DNA from: Rhodosorus marinus CCMP1338 | Taxonomy: Eukaryota > Plantae > Rhodophyta | Reading direction: 5' to 3' | DNA: 64,000 nt | NCBI GenBank assembly: GCA_029953675.1 | Contig: JAMWBK010000001.1 | Span: 992,001 to 1,056,000 of the forward strand | Shown: positions 33,767 to 45,681 of the stretch, one piece after another | How positions within the stretch are numbered: the stretch's first letter is position 1 | Layout of the letters: each line of letters opens with the position of its first letter | The notes under the pieces: generated by a model | The model's database searches: none | The model's input: only the letters and a program-made list of their open reading frames with translations | Told to the model about the DNA's origin: nothing | Translations under genes and position numbers: made by a program

Positions 33767-34669
33767 CCGCCCTTCAGCAGTCTTTTGGTTACCGTGAGGA
33801 GTTCTGATTTCAGTTTCCGTATAAACGGATGTTTTGTAGTTCCCTCAAAATAAGAGCTAGATACTCAATTCACAACAATTTAAGTTCATTCCATACAAAA
33901 CGATTGTTCGGGGTGACGTTGGTTTTACAAACAAAGCCTTCAGCGGGACGCAGCGCAACTAGGTACCTGGAACGTGCGAGCCAGGGGAGGTAGCAAGCCC
34001 TGTTAACCAGTTGTTGGAATATCGCAATAAAGCGGCAATGAATCGGAGTTAAGAGGACTAGATACTACCACCAGGCTACTCAGGGGTTGTCCTATATCAA
34101 CAATCAGTCAGTCCCTGACGGTCCTTAACGGAAGTCTCAGATTTACTTTCCATGACCTCAAGATAGTCCTTAAACGGCTTTTGTAAAACATCGAAATTTG
34201 GGACGCAACCTGTTAAGGTGACCGTGAAATCTTTACTAAAGGACTCCCTACTGGAAATAGTTTCCTTTTACGTCTTGCGTAGCCCATAAGAAGTTAGTAA
34301 AACCACCCTATTGGAGCTCTTCACGAGGGGATAGTGAATCTATCTACGCGTTAAGTACCCCTAATGAGCAGTGTGGCTACGTTCTACTAGAGGCAAACAA
34401 ATTCATTCAACTGTTACTTAATAATTAAGGAACGCTCCGCGCTATCCCATCAACTTGCCGAGAGCGCACTGCGACGAAAAAGGCATCTCCCCCCTCGGAG
34501 CAAGGAGAGGGCAAAATTTTTGGTTGCACTGAGAACGTACCAGTGGCATGAAACTTGGTCAAAATAAAAAGCGAAAATCCTGAAGATGACCCCTAGTTGA
34601 CAGTCTTACGCCGTTTAAGTGTCTCTGTGGCGATATTCTAACAGAAGGCTTGCCGAGGCGCGCCATCGG

Positions 34670-35040
34670 CGCCTGGGTTTGCACGCTTCCCTACCGAGTT
34701 CTTAGTTCCTCTTCACGCCTTGCGTAGCGCTTTAGTCAATGCCAGTAAAAACCAGTTGACAGTCTCGCGTTCTTCTCATATCGTGGTGTCGTCCAGGATG
34801 TCGTGGAGGAATTGGTTCGACTGAAGAAGGCCCGAATGGAACTGCGGTGCTGAGGTTACGGAATATTTTTGAGTGTAAACCAGGAAGCTGGATGACCTGA
34901 CTGGTGAGGGGCGAACATTTCCCTGTACCGCGGCGTGGATGTACTTGGGAGGCAGCATTCAGGGCCGCGCATAGTCTTTCTTTTCCCCTTGAGCTTTGTT
35001 TCCTTTCAGCCTCCGACTAAAACCAATCCATTCATTCAGG
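34670..35040 (+). mobile_element. Plus-strand 3' tips of family B (34670-34755) and family A (34940-35040)
   Basis: CTTCACGCCTTGCGTAGCGCT..CCAGTAAAAACC and CAGCCTCCGACTAAAACC..CATTCATTCA. Confidence 0.75.
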
Positions 35041-35394
35041 GCGTGACCAAGACATTTTTCAGTCCCAAAGCAAAGCAACTTCCGTTCATCCAGTCACTGG
35101 ATTCCATGCATCCAATCGACTACCGACGAAAAACACGAGAAAACTCGTCTGTTTTGGGAGAAGCAGTCAAAATACAACTCCCAAACATTTGCTGGAACAT
35201 ATTTTTGTTTTCCTAGTGTGTTGATTTGTCAATCAATTAATCAATCAAAAAGAAAACGGGATCCGTTGAACGTTGGTTTTCCCATTGAGTGTCGCAGCCA
35301 ACCGGATGAATTTGTTGAATAGGAGGCCGAAGGTTTGCTGATTTCTTGCTGGTGTGTTAGCCCATCTACTTCAGCTACTTAATTCATCGCCAAG

Positions 35395-35640
35395 GTGGTT
35401 TTACTAGCATAGCCTGAAGTGTTTCGCAGCGCATGAAAGGGAGCTAGGAACTAGGAGAAAACCGTGCATACCCAGCGGCGATGGCGCGCCTCAGCAAGCA
35501 CGCTGCTAGAAGATCGCCGAAAAGCGATACTTAAACGGCGTAGGAGTCCCAGATATTCAACCGGATGGTCAGTAAAGCCTTTTTCCAGCACTCCAAGCTC
35601 GACTTTTCCGGATGCCCAAAGCTTTCCACAATAGCTAATG
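35395..35640 (-). mobile_element. Family B 3' end (diverged)
   Basis: FTDHPVEYLGLLRRLSIAFRRSSSSVLAEARHRR and tail GGCTATGCTAGTAAAACCACC. Confidence 0.85.
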
Positions 35641-35754
35641 TCTTTAGGATACCCATGCATAAATAAATGCCTCCCATAAACCCATTCTTACGGAAAAACG
35701 CAATTAAGCTAGGCTAGAGAGACCCCAAATCTGGGTAAGACACTCACAGGGGCT

Positions 35755-37110
35755 TCTAACGTTCAATTTCAAGACCGGTTTGCCGTACGAGAGTTCGAAG
35801 TTCGCGGTGCAAAAGGTTCAAGATCCGCGTATTTCGTCGGGTTCGGGCGCCTTTCACAGCGGGGCAGCTGGCGAGCAGGTGGGTGCCAAAATCCGCGGTA
35901 TCTTCGTTCTGAGAGCATAGAGAACCTAGCTCGGAAGGCCAGGGCGGCTGATGCAAACCGAGGCATCATACCTATAAACGTAGAGAATTGCGCACTTCGA
36001 AATCTGTGAGTGTGACTGGCGGAAAAGCGGGGACGCTCATGAGCCACTGTGAGCTGATACACCCTCCAAGAATACGCAGGCGGGCGCGATCTCGGGAAGA
36101 TGAGACCATCTGCGCAAGAAGTCGGCCGTAGACATCACAGTGCAAGTCCCAAGAAGGGGTGTTTTGCAACACATCCGTGTGTGCGGAGAAGGGATTCCCA
36201 GAACCCGGTCCATCATCAGGAGGATCACGAGGGACCGCTGTTTCGTCAGCAACCGGAGGATCAAGCGCGGCGGGTACAGGACCGGCAGCTGTTCGGGTCG
36301 CGGGGCCGCGAGCCCGCGAAAAAAAAGCTCGCCAGCCAGCCGGGCGTGGGTGCAGGTCGGCAGGGAGACTGGTACAGGATAATATCGCCGATTGGAGCTC
36401 GGGAAACAAACCAAGGGCACTTTCAGGGACACTAGAGCGTAGATCGTCACTGGAAAGACCGAACCCCAAATTTCGGAAACTAGACACACCCAATGCGCTC
36501 AACGTCGGGGGGGCGGTGCCCAAGACCCAACTACGGCCGCTGGTTGGATAGCAGTTTGGTTACAGAGGCCTAGACCGCCCAGACGTAGGGGTAGCGCCAC
36601 TTGGGCACGAACTATATCACGGGTGGGGCGCGGAAGGTGAACCAACTCCTCGTCTACGAAATATCCCAGCTCACCAAAGCTCTCGTCATCAGCACAGGTT
36701 GCCAGCCACCGGCCCCAGTGAGTCGGGAGCGAGCGGAACCAATAGGTGAGCCGCTGACTGCAACAATATCGATAAAGCAACAACGAGCATTGCACGGAGC
36801 TCCGAGACCAGCCCCGGTGCATACTCAGAATCTGCGACAACTCACCCTCCACGAGCGACGCGGACCCATATGGGATGCCCAGGTGGACAAAACCTGCCCG
36901 ACGCCAAATGTCCTGGAAACGCGCGGGGACCTGCTGCTCTTGAATATCCGCTCCTCCCCAGTAGAACGACTTCGCATGATTGACTTCGAGATCGACGAGG
37001 GATGCCAGTGTGCGGAGACGGTCGTACGCCGCCGCGAGGGTATCTGGAAGCCCAATGGCAGACATCGTGGTAACCCACTGTGCGGATCTGCCCTACTACC
37101 GCAGTAGTAG
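35755..37110 (-). mobile_element. Family A internal fragment (RT C-terminal half to zinc knuckle), frameshifted
   Basis: LASLVDLEVNHAKSFYWGG, GFVHLGIPYGS, QVALPLRLGGLG, GAHLLASC..ARTRRNTRILNLL; colinear with 60473-63616. Confidence 0.9.
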
Positions 37111-37251
37111 AGCAGCATCGTATAATCCAGTAATGTAATAAACGACCTTCAGTACAAACTCCTCAGCTCTACGGGAAAATCATGTCGCCCTTGCCTTAGG
37201 TATGTGATCCCAAATGGTCTCCCCGGCCAACAGAAAGTGAGCTAGGTACTA

Positions 37252-38220
37252 AGGACAATCGGAGACTGAAAGAAAAAAACCTCGAGGGAACAAAAAAGAC
37301 TACGAGCGGCGAAGATCGCGCGCCTCCAACATCATAGCAGCGTTCGTACGCCACAGCAAGAAACTTAAACGGTTAAACAACGAGGACAGACGGTCACAGC
37401 GTTCGCGGAACAATTCCCGAACCAACCGGAACCAACAGAATCCAGAAACAGAAAGCACTCTATGACTAGAGGTAGCAGGCGATGAGCTTGAGCTGAAGCA
37501 CAAATTCCTAGAGAAGACAAAACCCCCGCATATTTCAACTCTTTGTCTCATAGTGGCAACGGCAAATACACGGCGCTCTCCCGCAGCCGGTAAATTAACA
37601 ACTAGCCTGGGGATTAGGAACAGCAAGATCAACGCACGTCGTACGGCGGCTATCGTCACAGGTGACCACGAGGTCAGCCACGCGGCGTTCATCATTTTGC
37701 TAGCCTGCCACGGGCAGGGACTTCTCACGTTCAATTTCAAGACCGGATTGCCGTACGATATGCCGAAGTTCGCCCTATAACAGGTTCAAGATCCGCGTAT
37801 GTCGGCTGGTTCAGCGGGGCAGCTGGCGAGCAGGTGGGCGCCAAAATCCACAGTGTCTTAGTTCTGAGAGCATAGAGGGCACGGCGAACCCATCTGAGAA
37901 GGCTAGGGCGGGTGGGGCAGCCGAGGTATAAGCGCAGAGAAGTGCGCACTTCGACATCTGTGTGTGTGACTGGCGGAAAGGCGGGGACGGTGATGAGCCA
38001 CTGAGAGCTAACACACCCCCAAGACGGGTGCGATCTTTGGAAGATAAGACCATCTGCGCGAGAAGTCGACCGTAGGCAGTACGGTGCAAGTCCCAAGAGA
38101 GGTTGTTTTGCAACGCATCCGTGCAATAAAAACTGATGCTCTAACCTAATGAGCGAGCTACACGGGTTTCGAAGGCTTGCATTAGGGCAGAATTGGACTT
38201 GAGTTGCTGTTCTGTCCATG
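37252..38220 (-). mobile_element. Family A 3' fragment (post-RT to 3' UTR), internally deleted
   Basis: QWLITVPAFPPVT..VRTSLRLYLG; RELFRERCDRLSSLFNRLSFLLWRTNAAMMLEARDLRRS. Confidence 0.9.
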
Positions 38221-38873
38221 AGGGAGAGGTGTAGATGCAGTCCCCTGGATGATGTGGATAAAGTGTTAAACCGCTACGAATAAACAGAACATTCAACATT
38301 AACTTAACCAAAAGCCCACTCTTCTCTTAGCAGCTTGGATGGGTCATTGAATGCGTCAGAAATACTTGACCTCTGTTGTATTTCTCCAAGTTCGATGCCT
38401 TCTTTAATGTTTCCCTGTCCCGGAAGCCCACCACTCAAGGAAAGCCTCCCAATCCATGGCGGCCTAATGTGAGGCTCTAAATGATCCTACTTCGAGTCTA
38501 CAGTATACTATCTATACACCGGATATACTAGTCTAGCCCCGCTATCCTGCTGGTCCTTCCAACTATGCCAAGGGCGCAATGTTAATACCATCCACAACAT
38601 AATGAACGCATTTGTTGTGAGACGCATTTGTTGTGAGACTCAAAAAAAAATCCTGCGGGAACGCGGTATTTATTCAGGTCGTGTCGGGGCTCAGCGTGTG
38701 TGCGACCAGATAGTACACCCACGATTCTGGACAAAATAGCTCTTTTTGTTCAGGTACAGTCCTCGATTCCGACCAACATAGACGTATTTATGAAGATCGG
38801 TATGAAAACAAAATAAACACCATGATTCCGCCTCGTTTTCTACAAAATTTATTTTCGAGATAAATCTCGCCTA

Positions 38874-41652
38874 GTCCAATCCGTTTTGCACAATCCACGT
38901 TGCCAGAACAAGCAAACCCTGAGGATTGTACGCACTCCTCAGGTTAAGATTCACTTATTGAAAACTCACTTGCCTTAGTCTGGTCTGACTTCTACTTGCT
39001 CCTTTCCTAATTCATGTCCATTGCGCATACACCCTATACAGTATATGTATATCCTTGCTACTCGAGGTCTAAGATATACCGTAGACGTTAGACTCCCGAT
39101 TAAACAATGCATGCTGCAAATTCTATGATTAATTAGATTGATCTGTGACCGTTCGATCCTTGATGTATGTCGCCGCGTGTTCTGTCTTGACGTTGTACTC
39201 AGGGGGTTCAAAGTACCTGAATTTCGACATTCGCTTTTTTCTTTTTTTTTTAAACGGCCTAGATTGCTCCTCTCATTGACCTTACTTCACCGCTCAACGG
39301 AACTTGACGTCCTTGGTCAAGGCGTCTGCAAGATTCTGCTCGCTTGAAACGAGCCAATTTCTTGAATGGTTCCGTTTCCGTAGCTCTCCCTAATGCTAGC
39401 CAAATCAACGACTAGCCCTTTCTCTTGTGGAACGCTGGCTTTCATTACCGCATAGAAGATTGACCTGGAGTCCGTGTAAATTTCGATCGGTACCGTCAGT
39501 CCAATAAGATCGCTGACTAAGTGGCGCAATATAAACGCCTCATCTACAGCTTCGACAAAAGCCAAAACTTCAGCACCCAGAACAGAACATCTTACTCCGC
39601 TTGTGCTTTGTGCGAGCGCCAAGATATCAAGCTGGCCTTATTCGAGTGATCCATTACAAATATCAAATACCCAATGTGCGATATTGGCTCAGCTCCGCTG
39701 GTGAACGAAGCGTCCGAGAAAACCACCAATCTCAGGTTTTTCATTTTCAGTTTGCTGAACCTGAAGGAAGTTGCAGATTGGGTCGTTTTTCGCGTCACTG
39801 ACTGCAGCTTCTGCATATGCTCCTTGGTTACCTTCCTGGCATCAAATTCATTTGCAAGCGTCACCACACTGAAGATGATGTCCGGTCGTGTCATCAAAGC
39901 TAACCACATCAGCCGTCCTCGAATATGAGCATAGGTTTCGCTTGTGAGTTCGAGTTAGAACGCGGGGTTGAGAAACGCTTCGACTCCAACCCCGTACAGC
40001 ATTTGCCATTTACCTTTGCTGGGGTTAATTATCATCGAGTACCAGATGGGGTTGTCGTTTGTGAGCAACTAAATTACCAAGACAGCTTGGTACCTGAACT
40101 CACAAGCGAAACCCATGCTCATCTTCGAGGACAGCTGATGTGGTTAGCGTTGATAACACGACCGGAAATCATCTTCAGTGTGGTGACGCTTCCTCACGAA
40201 TTGATGCCACGCAGGCAACCAAGGAGCATATGCAGATTGGGTCGTTTTCCGCAACACTGACTGTAGAACAAACGACCACCCCATCTGGTTCTCGATGATA
40301 ATTCACCCCCGCAAAGGTAAACGGCAAATGCTGTACGGGGTTGGAGTCGAAACGTTTCTCAACCTCGCGTTCTAATTCGCCAACACATAGCGTGTCATCC
40401 ACTTGGAGCGCTATAAAACCGTGAAGATGATTGTCTCGCAAGAAAAACAAAAAACATGGGTCTATCGAAGTCCTCTTCAGTCGCAAGACCTTCGATAGAT
40501 GGGTAGAACAGGTATTGTACCAGAGGCTAGCGGCCGTCGCAGTGGTAAGCAGTGCTGGTTCCAGGTGGTCGTTGCTCGCCTTCACACCGATGTAACGGAA
40601 AACTATGAAACAGGCTCCCTACTTCGCGCCAGGAAAATATGGACCTTCCCACGCTGCTCAATATAGGTGATATCCATTGCCACCTTATGATTGAAAACAA
40701 CCTGTCCTCGATATGACTGCTTATAGGATCTAGGTTGCTGACCATACTTTATACACATGGCGTATTTCTTCCCCAGATCAAAAAAGCTTTCTTCTTAATT
40801 CCGGCGTAGCGTCCTCAGGAGACACACGTTGTATCAGACTGAACAGCTTCTCCGGAGATGCATGAGCATACGCTCTATTGCAAACGTCTGGTTTCATCAG
40901 TTGAGTACAAGACAATGTACGCGTCTTCCACGTCCACTTTCACAGGCTTTTCAACTGCGAGCGGAAAATAAACGAGGTGTCCTGCCCGTTTCTCCAGTTC
41001 CAATGTTATCCCCAATTTCTTAAGGACCATCGCAGCCCCGTCTGTATCGATCACAGCCCCCAGTCTTGCTTGATCTTTAAGGCCGAGGATCATTGGAATA
41101 TCATTCTCCAACAGGAAGAATGACATCTCAATTCCGCTCTTTGTACCCAGTTGCAGACTAATTTCCACTTTCTGAGTACTCTGGAAAACCTGGTTTCCCA
41201 GCGGGAAACTCGCATCTCCTGCTTATCACCATCCAGTTCCGCCACTGCTCCTTTTCCATATCTTTTCCACGTAAGCCCCCAGTGTTCCCAGTCCAATCCG
41301 TTTTGCACAATCCACATTGCCAGAACAAGCAAACCCTGAGGATTGTACGCACTGTCCACTCAGGGGTTAAGATTCACTTCTTGAATGCTCACTGGCTTTA
41401 GTCTGGTCTGACTTCTACTTGCTCCTTTCCTAATTCATATCCATTGCACAAGCACCCTATACAGTATGTGTATATCCTTGCTACTCGAGGTCTAAGATAT
41501 ACCGTAGACGTTAGACTCCCGATTAAACAATGCATGCTGCAAATTCTATGATTAATTAGATTGATCTGTGACCGTTCGATCCTTGATGTATGTCGCCGCG
41601 TGTTCTGTCTCGACGTTGTACTCAGGGGGTTCAAAATACTTGAATTTCGATA
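38874..41652 (-). mobile_element. Deleted Ty1/copia-like LTR retrotransposon with ~355-bp direct repeats (38874-39229, 41290-41652)
   Basis: Direct repeats with about 15 substitutions by eye. A purine tract precedes TGTCGAAA at 39229 on the minus strand. Remnants in copia order: protease (IPMILGLKDQARLGAVID), RT (DPCFLF..FIALQVDD, TRPDII), RNase H (VFSDASF, EVLAFVEAVD, IYTDSRS). Confidence 0.85.
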
Positions 41653-42446
41653 ATAAATACCCGGGAGTTGAAAATACGCGTCTGTGTATATTTTTCCTAT
41701 GACACAATTAACAAATTCATACAAACCCCCAAAATTTGTAAACACTAGAAAATCAACGATTCTATTGCACACGGTTTCGGTTGGGCTGTGTTCCTGCTGA
41801 CAACAGCAAGCGTCTCACCAGGTCGGGCTCGGCACGTAAATGGTCTACATAACATTCTAAAACTTCATCCGGGATTTTGTAGGACGTCGTGGTTTTTGTC
41901 ATAAAATATCAACTAAAAACTTAACAAGAAATAGTACTGCATACAACTTGACTAGATGTAGGAGGTATAGTTCTCGTTCGGCTTATATATAAGAGCTTTC
42001 CCACCTTAAAATGAAACCCGCACATGTTGCTTCTATGATATGTAATTCAGGGACAAAGATCTGCGCTATTGCAACCAATTGCACGACAAAGCGCAAATTG
42101 TTTAAAAAAATCGTTTAATATACCTGTTACTACTAAATGTGTATGCAGCGACTTAATATTCGAATATTTAGCAGCCGGTTTGTCCCGTTTGCAGGGGAGG
42201 AAGGGGGGGGAGTGTGAGGAAAAGTGGTAGTGGGAAGTGTGGGGGGGAGGGTAGGGACGGGATTCTGGAGGAGGGTCTCCGAGCAGGAGAAAAAACAAGA
42301 AGCAAAACCAGTTACAGATATATGGTGTTTGACTCCATTGAAGCTGGTGAGGGAGCTGCCTCTCCGCAGGGTGGAGTGGGTGTACGTTCGTTGGAAACGA
42401 TGTGAGCGGAGAGTAGGTGTGCATCTGTTTCGAATTTGATCGGATC

Positions 42447-44120
42447 ATGAGATTTGTTGGGGTTTGGCTGGGGTTGTGCCTGGCCTTGGTGGGGTTTGGA
42501 GTGTGCCAGGAGGAAAAACCGAACGTGATTGTAATTCTTGTTGACGACCTGGGGTACAAGGACCTTGGCGTCCAGGGCAGCGACGATGTCAAGTCACCTC
42601 ATATCGACAAGCTGGCTAGGGATGGGGTCATCCTCACCAACGGATACGCGCCGCACCACTTTTGTGGGCCGTCGAGGGCGGGTCTCTTCTCCGGGATTTG
42701 GCCCTTCAGGATTGGCGCCGCGTTCAATGCCCCAAAGGATTACTGGGACAATCGCGTAGGACTTCCATTAGGATATAAGACAATACCGGAGACGATGCAA
42801 GAGGCCGGGTACAACACCTACTGCGTTGGAAAGTGGCATTTGGGACACACTCCCAGTCATCACCCGAAGAACCGTGGCTTCAACGGCTTCTTTGGATTCC
42901 TCAAGGGCTCGTGGAACTACCTGGTCTCCGAAATGTACGACTCGGCCCTCGACGACTATGACTACATCTATAAGGGATTCAAACGTGTCAATGACATCGA
43001 GTACGTCACAGATAGCTTTACAGACGCCGCTATTGGCTACATTGCCCAAGCGAAACGGGTTGAGAAGCCTTTCTTTCTCTACCTTTCGTACAACGCGCCG
43101 CATGGGCCACTGCTCTCTCTGTCGAGCGACCGGGACCCGACGGTCTCTCCGGACCGTCGCTCCTACGCGGCAATGATCACATCGCTGGATCGAGGCGTCC
43201 GAAGGATTCGCGGCTACCTCGAGAGTGCTGGCCTCACCGAGAACACCGTCATCATCTTCAGCAGCGACAACGGCGGACACAAGCATGGCGCAATTAACGA
43301 ACCGCTGAGGGATATGAAAGGTTCCTACTATGAAGGCGGCCTGAGGGTCCCGTGGTACATTACCTGGCCTGGTACACTTCAGGGCGGACAGGTGTTCAAC
43401 AAAATGGCCACCCACCTGGACATCTACCCTACTCTGGAGAACCTCGCTGGTGTTGCTGACATCAACAAGAACCCGGATCTCGTCGGCGTTGATCTCATTC
43501 CGTTCTTCAGAAAGGTCGGGCAGAGTACGCCTGAGGCGAGCGGACCGCCTCACTCTTTTATTACTTTTGGAGGGCCCGATAATTTGGGCGTAAGCAGGGG
43601 AATGATCCGCCAAGGCCGTTGGAAGGTTCTCATTCCCAACGACAAGGGCATCCTGAAGCCCAAGCTCTACGACCTGACGGCGGATGTCAGCGAAACCACA
43701 GACATAGCCGACGAGAAACCGCTGAAAACCCAGAGATTGTTCAACGAATGGGTAGAATGGAACGCTAAGAACATTCTGCCTGTGTACGGAAAAAGTCGCG
43801 CTCCCAACCCGCTCCGCCTGGAACTTTTCGTCGCGGGCGACCAGCTCGTGACGACGCCGGGTATGCCCATCTCGTTCGAGGCAACAGGGTCGAGCATTCA
43901 AGGTGATACCGTGGCCTACTTTTGGGAGACTTTCATCCCAGTCCGCGTGGATGAGGCGATCTTCCGGGACATATGGACCGACGGGGTCACCAGCACTTCA
44001 CGATCGGCGAGCTCCATAAGCATCACCTACCCGAGCCCTGGAGACTACATTGTCCGCGTCAATATTCAGACAGAGCGATGGCTACTGTGGAAGGATGTTC
44101 AGATACAAGTCGTACCATAA
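42447..44120 (+). CDS. Secreted formylglycine-dependent (S1) sulfatase with a C-terminal PKD-like domain
   Basis: Signal peptide MRFVGVWLGLCLALVGFGVC; KPNVIVILVDDLG, catalytic CGPSRAGLFSG, GKWHLG, APHGP, FSSDNGG, KGSYYEGGLRVP; tail ..FEATGS..YFWE..TYPSPGDYIVRV; intronless. Confidence 0.95.
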   Translation: MRFVGVWLGLCLALVGFGVCQEEKPNVIVILVDDLGYKDLGVQGSDDVKSPHIDKLARDGVILTNGYAPHHFCGPSRAGLFSGIWPFRIGAAFNAPKDYWDNRVGLPLGYKTIPETMQEAGYNTYCVGKWHLGHTPSHHPKNRGFNGFFGFLKGSWNYLVSEMYDSALDDYDYIYKGFKRVNDIEYVTDSFTDAAIGYIAQAKRVEKPFFLYLSYNAPHGPLLSLSSDRDPTVSPDRRSYAAMITSLDRGVRRIRGYLESAGLTENTVIIFSSDNGGHKHGAINEPLRDMKGSYYEGGLRVPWYITWPGTLQGGQVFNKMATHLDIYPTLENLAGVADINKNPDLVGVDLIPFFRKVGQSTPEASGPPHSFITFGGPDNLGVSRGMIRQGRWKVLIPNDKGILKPKLYDLTADVSETTDIADEKPLKTQRLFNEWVEWNAKNILPVYGKSRAPNPLRLELFVAGDQLVTTPGMPISFEATGSSIQGDTVAYFWETFIPVRVDEAIFRDIWTDGVTSTSRSASSISITYPSPGDYIVRVNIQTERWLLWKDVQIQVVP

Positions 44121-44209
44121 TAAAACGCTCCAACTATCGCGAGTCATGCGCTGTTTCTCTTGTACACCCTGCCTGAGAGTGCTGGATAAGGCTATATTGT
44201 TGGGCGCTC

Positions 44210-45470
44210 CAAGTGGTGGTTTTAATAGCATAGCCAGAAGCGCTACACAGGGCGTAAAAGGGAACTGTGACCGTTTAGTCCAACTACCGAAAGTATCGCT
44301 AGGGATGCAATAAAGCAAGATAGGCTGGGCTATGGAAACTCTAGAGCAAGGTAAAAGACTAATTTCCAAGGGGAACAGTGTCCTAACATTGTCATCTTTA
44401 AGCGTCCCATGGATCGCCAAGGGAGCCGTACCACGTTAGAGTTCTCGATTCAGACTAACGTAACACCAACTACCGAATGCTGGGCAAGAAAAGCATTATG
44501 GGCTTGGCTGAGGAGACCGCATAGCGGGGTACTAGGAGCTAGGGAGAAGAATGTGCAAGCCCAGGGGGCGGAGGCGCGCCTCGGCGAGCTTGCTGCGAGA
44601 ACATCGCCGGAGAGTGATACATAAATGGCGTAGGAGTATCAGATATTCAACAGGATGGTCAGTAAATCATTCCTATAGCCACTCCAAGCTGGACTCTTCA
44701 GACTAACGGATCTGGTTTGGGACCGTGAATATGCCACATTTTTTCCTTGCTTTCGAGGATTCTTTCTTACAGAATCGTGGGAAGGGATGACTCTGAATGG
44801 TCTGAATTTGAGGATGGATGGATTTAATAGCATTGCTGAAGTTCTACGCAGGGCGTGAAAGGGAACTAAGAACTAGGGAGAAAATCGTTGTCAGGGACGG
44901 CGCGCCTCGGCAAGCATGCTGCTAGAATATCGCCAGAGAGCGACATTTAACCGGCGCAGGCGTCCCACAAACTCAACAGGATGGTAAGTAAAACATTTCC
45001 GCAGCCACTTTTCCAGATGCCCAAAACTTTCCACAACGAAAGGCTGGAACCCGTGAGAACGGCTCTCTACTCGGGGGAGACTGGCCATGCTCTCAGCATA
45101 CCATCATTCATTCAGCCGGCGAACTACACAAGCTGCTGCCCCCTGGTGAAGAGGGTCAAGGGGAAGATAGGTACTTGACACAGGGCATGTGACAGCGAGG
45201 TCCACATATGCTGAGCGTCTGGCGCCGCGGTCCGACATCAGTCCATCTGATGCAGCGGGGCGCGTGTGGCCGAGGCTGATCGGGGCAGTTGTGATTTAAC
45301 CTCAACCTTGTGGCCGACCCTGGTCAAATATTCGCTCAGGATTTAGTTCAGACGGGTGCGACGTTTCGTACGATGACCTCGCAATAGCCCACAAGAGCCT
45401 AGAAGGTGGTATCCACAACCTTCAACACGACGCTCACAACCTTGGCAGAAGGAAGGGCGATTAGAGAACA
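44210..45470 (-). mobile_element. Cluster of older family B-like 3' fragments (ends near 44215, 44461, 44825)
   Basis: Repeated LRRL...EARHRR C-termini and GCTAT(G)CTA tails. 44461-44696 is flanked by the 12-bp direct repeat TTCAGACTAACG (44449-44460, 44697-44708). Confidence 0.8.
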
Positions 45471-45681
45471 AAAAGAGTTGTGAACGATCGACGAAGTCAA
45501 TCGAAGAGCCTCGAACGGCAATTTCTCTTCATCGACTTACCTGGTGTATAATGGTGGTTTATGCTTGTTGCTCCAAACGCGAAAACCCCTCCATTTTTAG
45601 GAAAACCACCAACGGCTGAACAGGTCAAGAAGAGGCCAAAACAGTAGTAAATGGTCGTATTTGTAAAGCACGCAACATATT

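Noticed and set aside
34081-34596. hAT-like ends CAGGGGTTGTC ... GATGACCCCTA
   Set aside because: Only 8/11 inverted match, no 8-bp TSD, and no subterminal motifs.
33520-34920. Dispersed ~90-bp repeat (33520-33610, 34835-34920) reading AVPFG, as a gypsy/DIRS RT remnant
   Set aside because: The repeat is real but too short and frameshifted to assign.
42768-43901. 377-aa antisense ORF and similar long shadow ORFs (3017-3715, 3075-3707, 15823-16866, 21194-21730)
   Set aside because: They lie opposite or overlap well-supported genes and have no recognisable motifs; they are codon-bias shadows.
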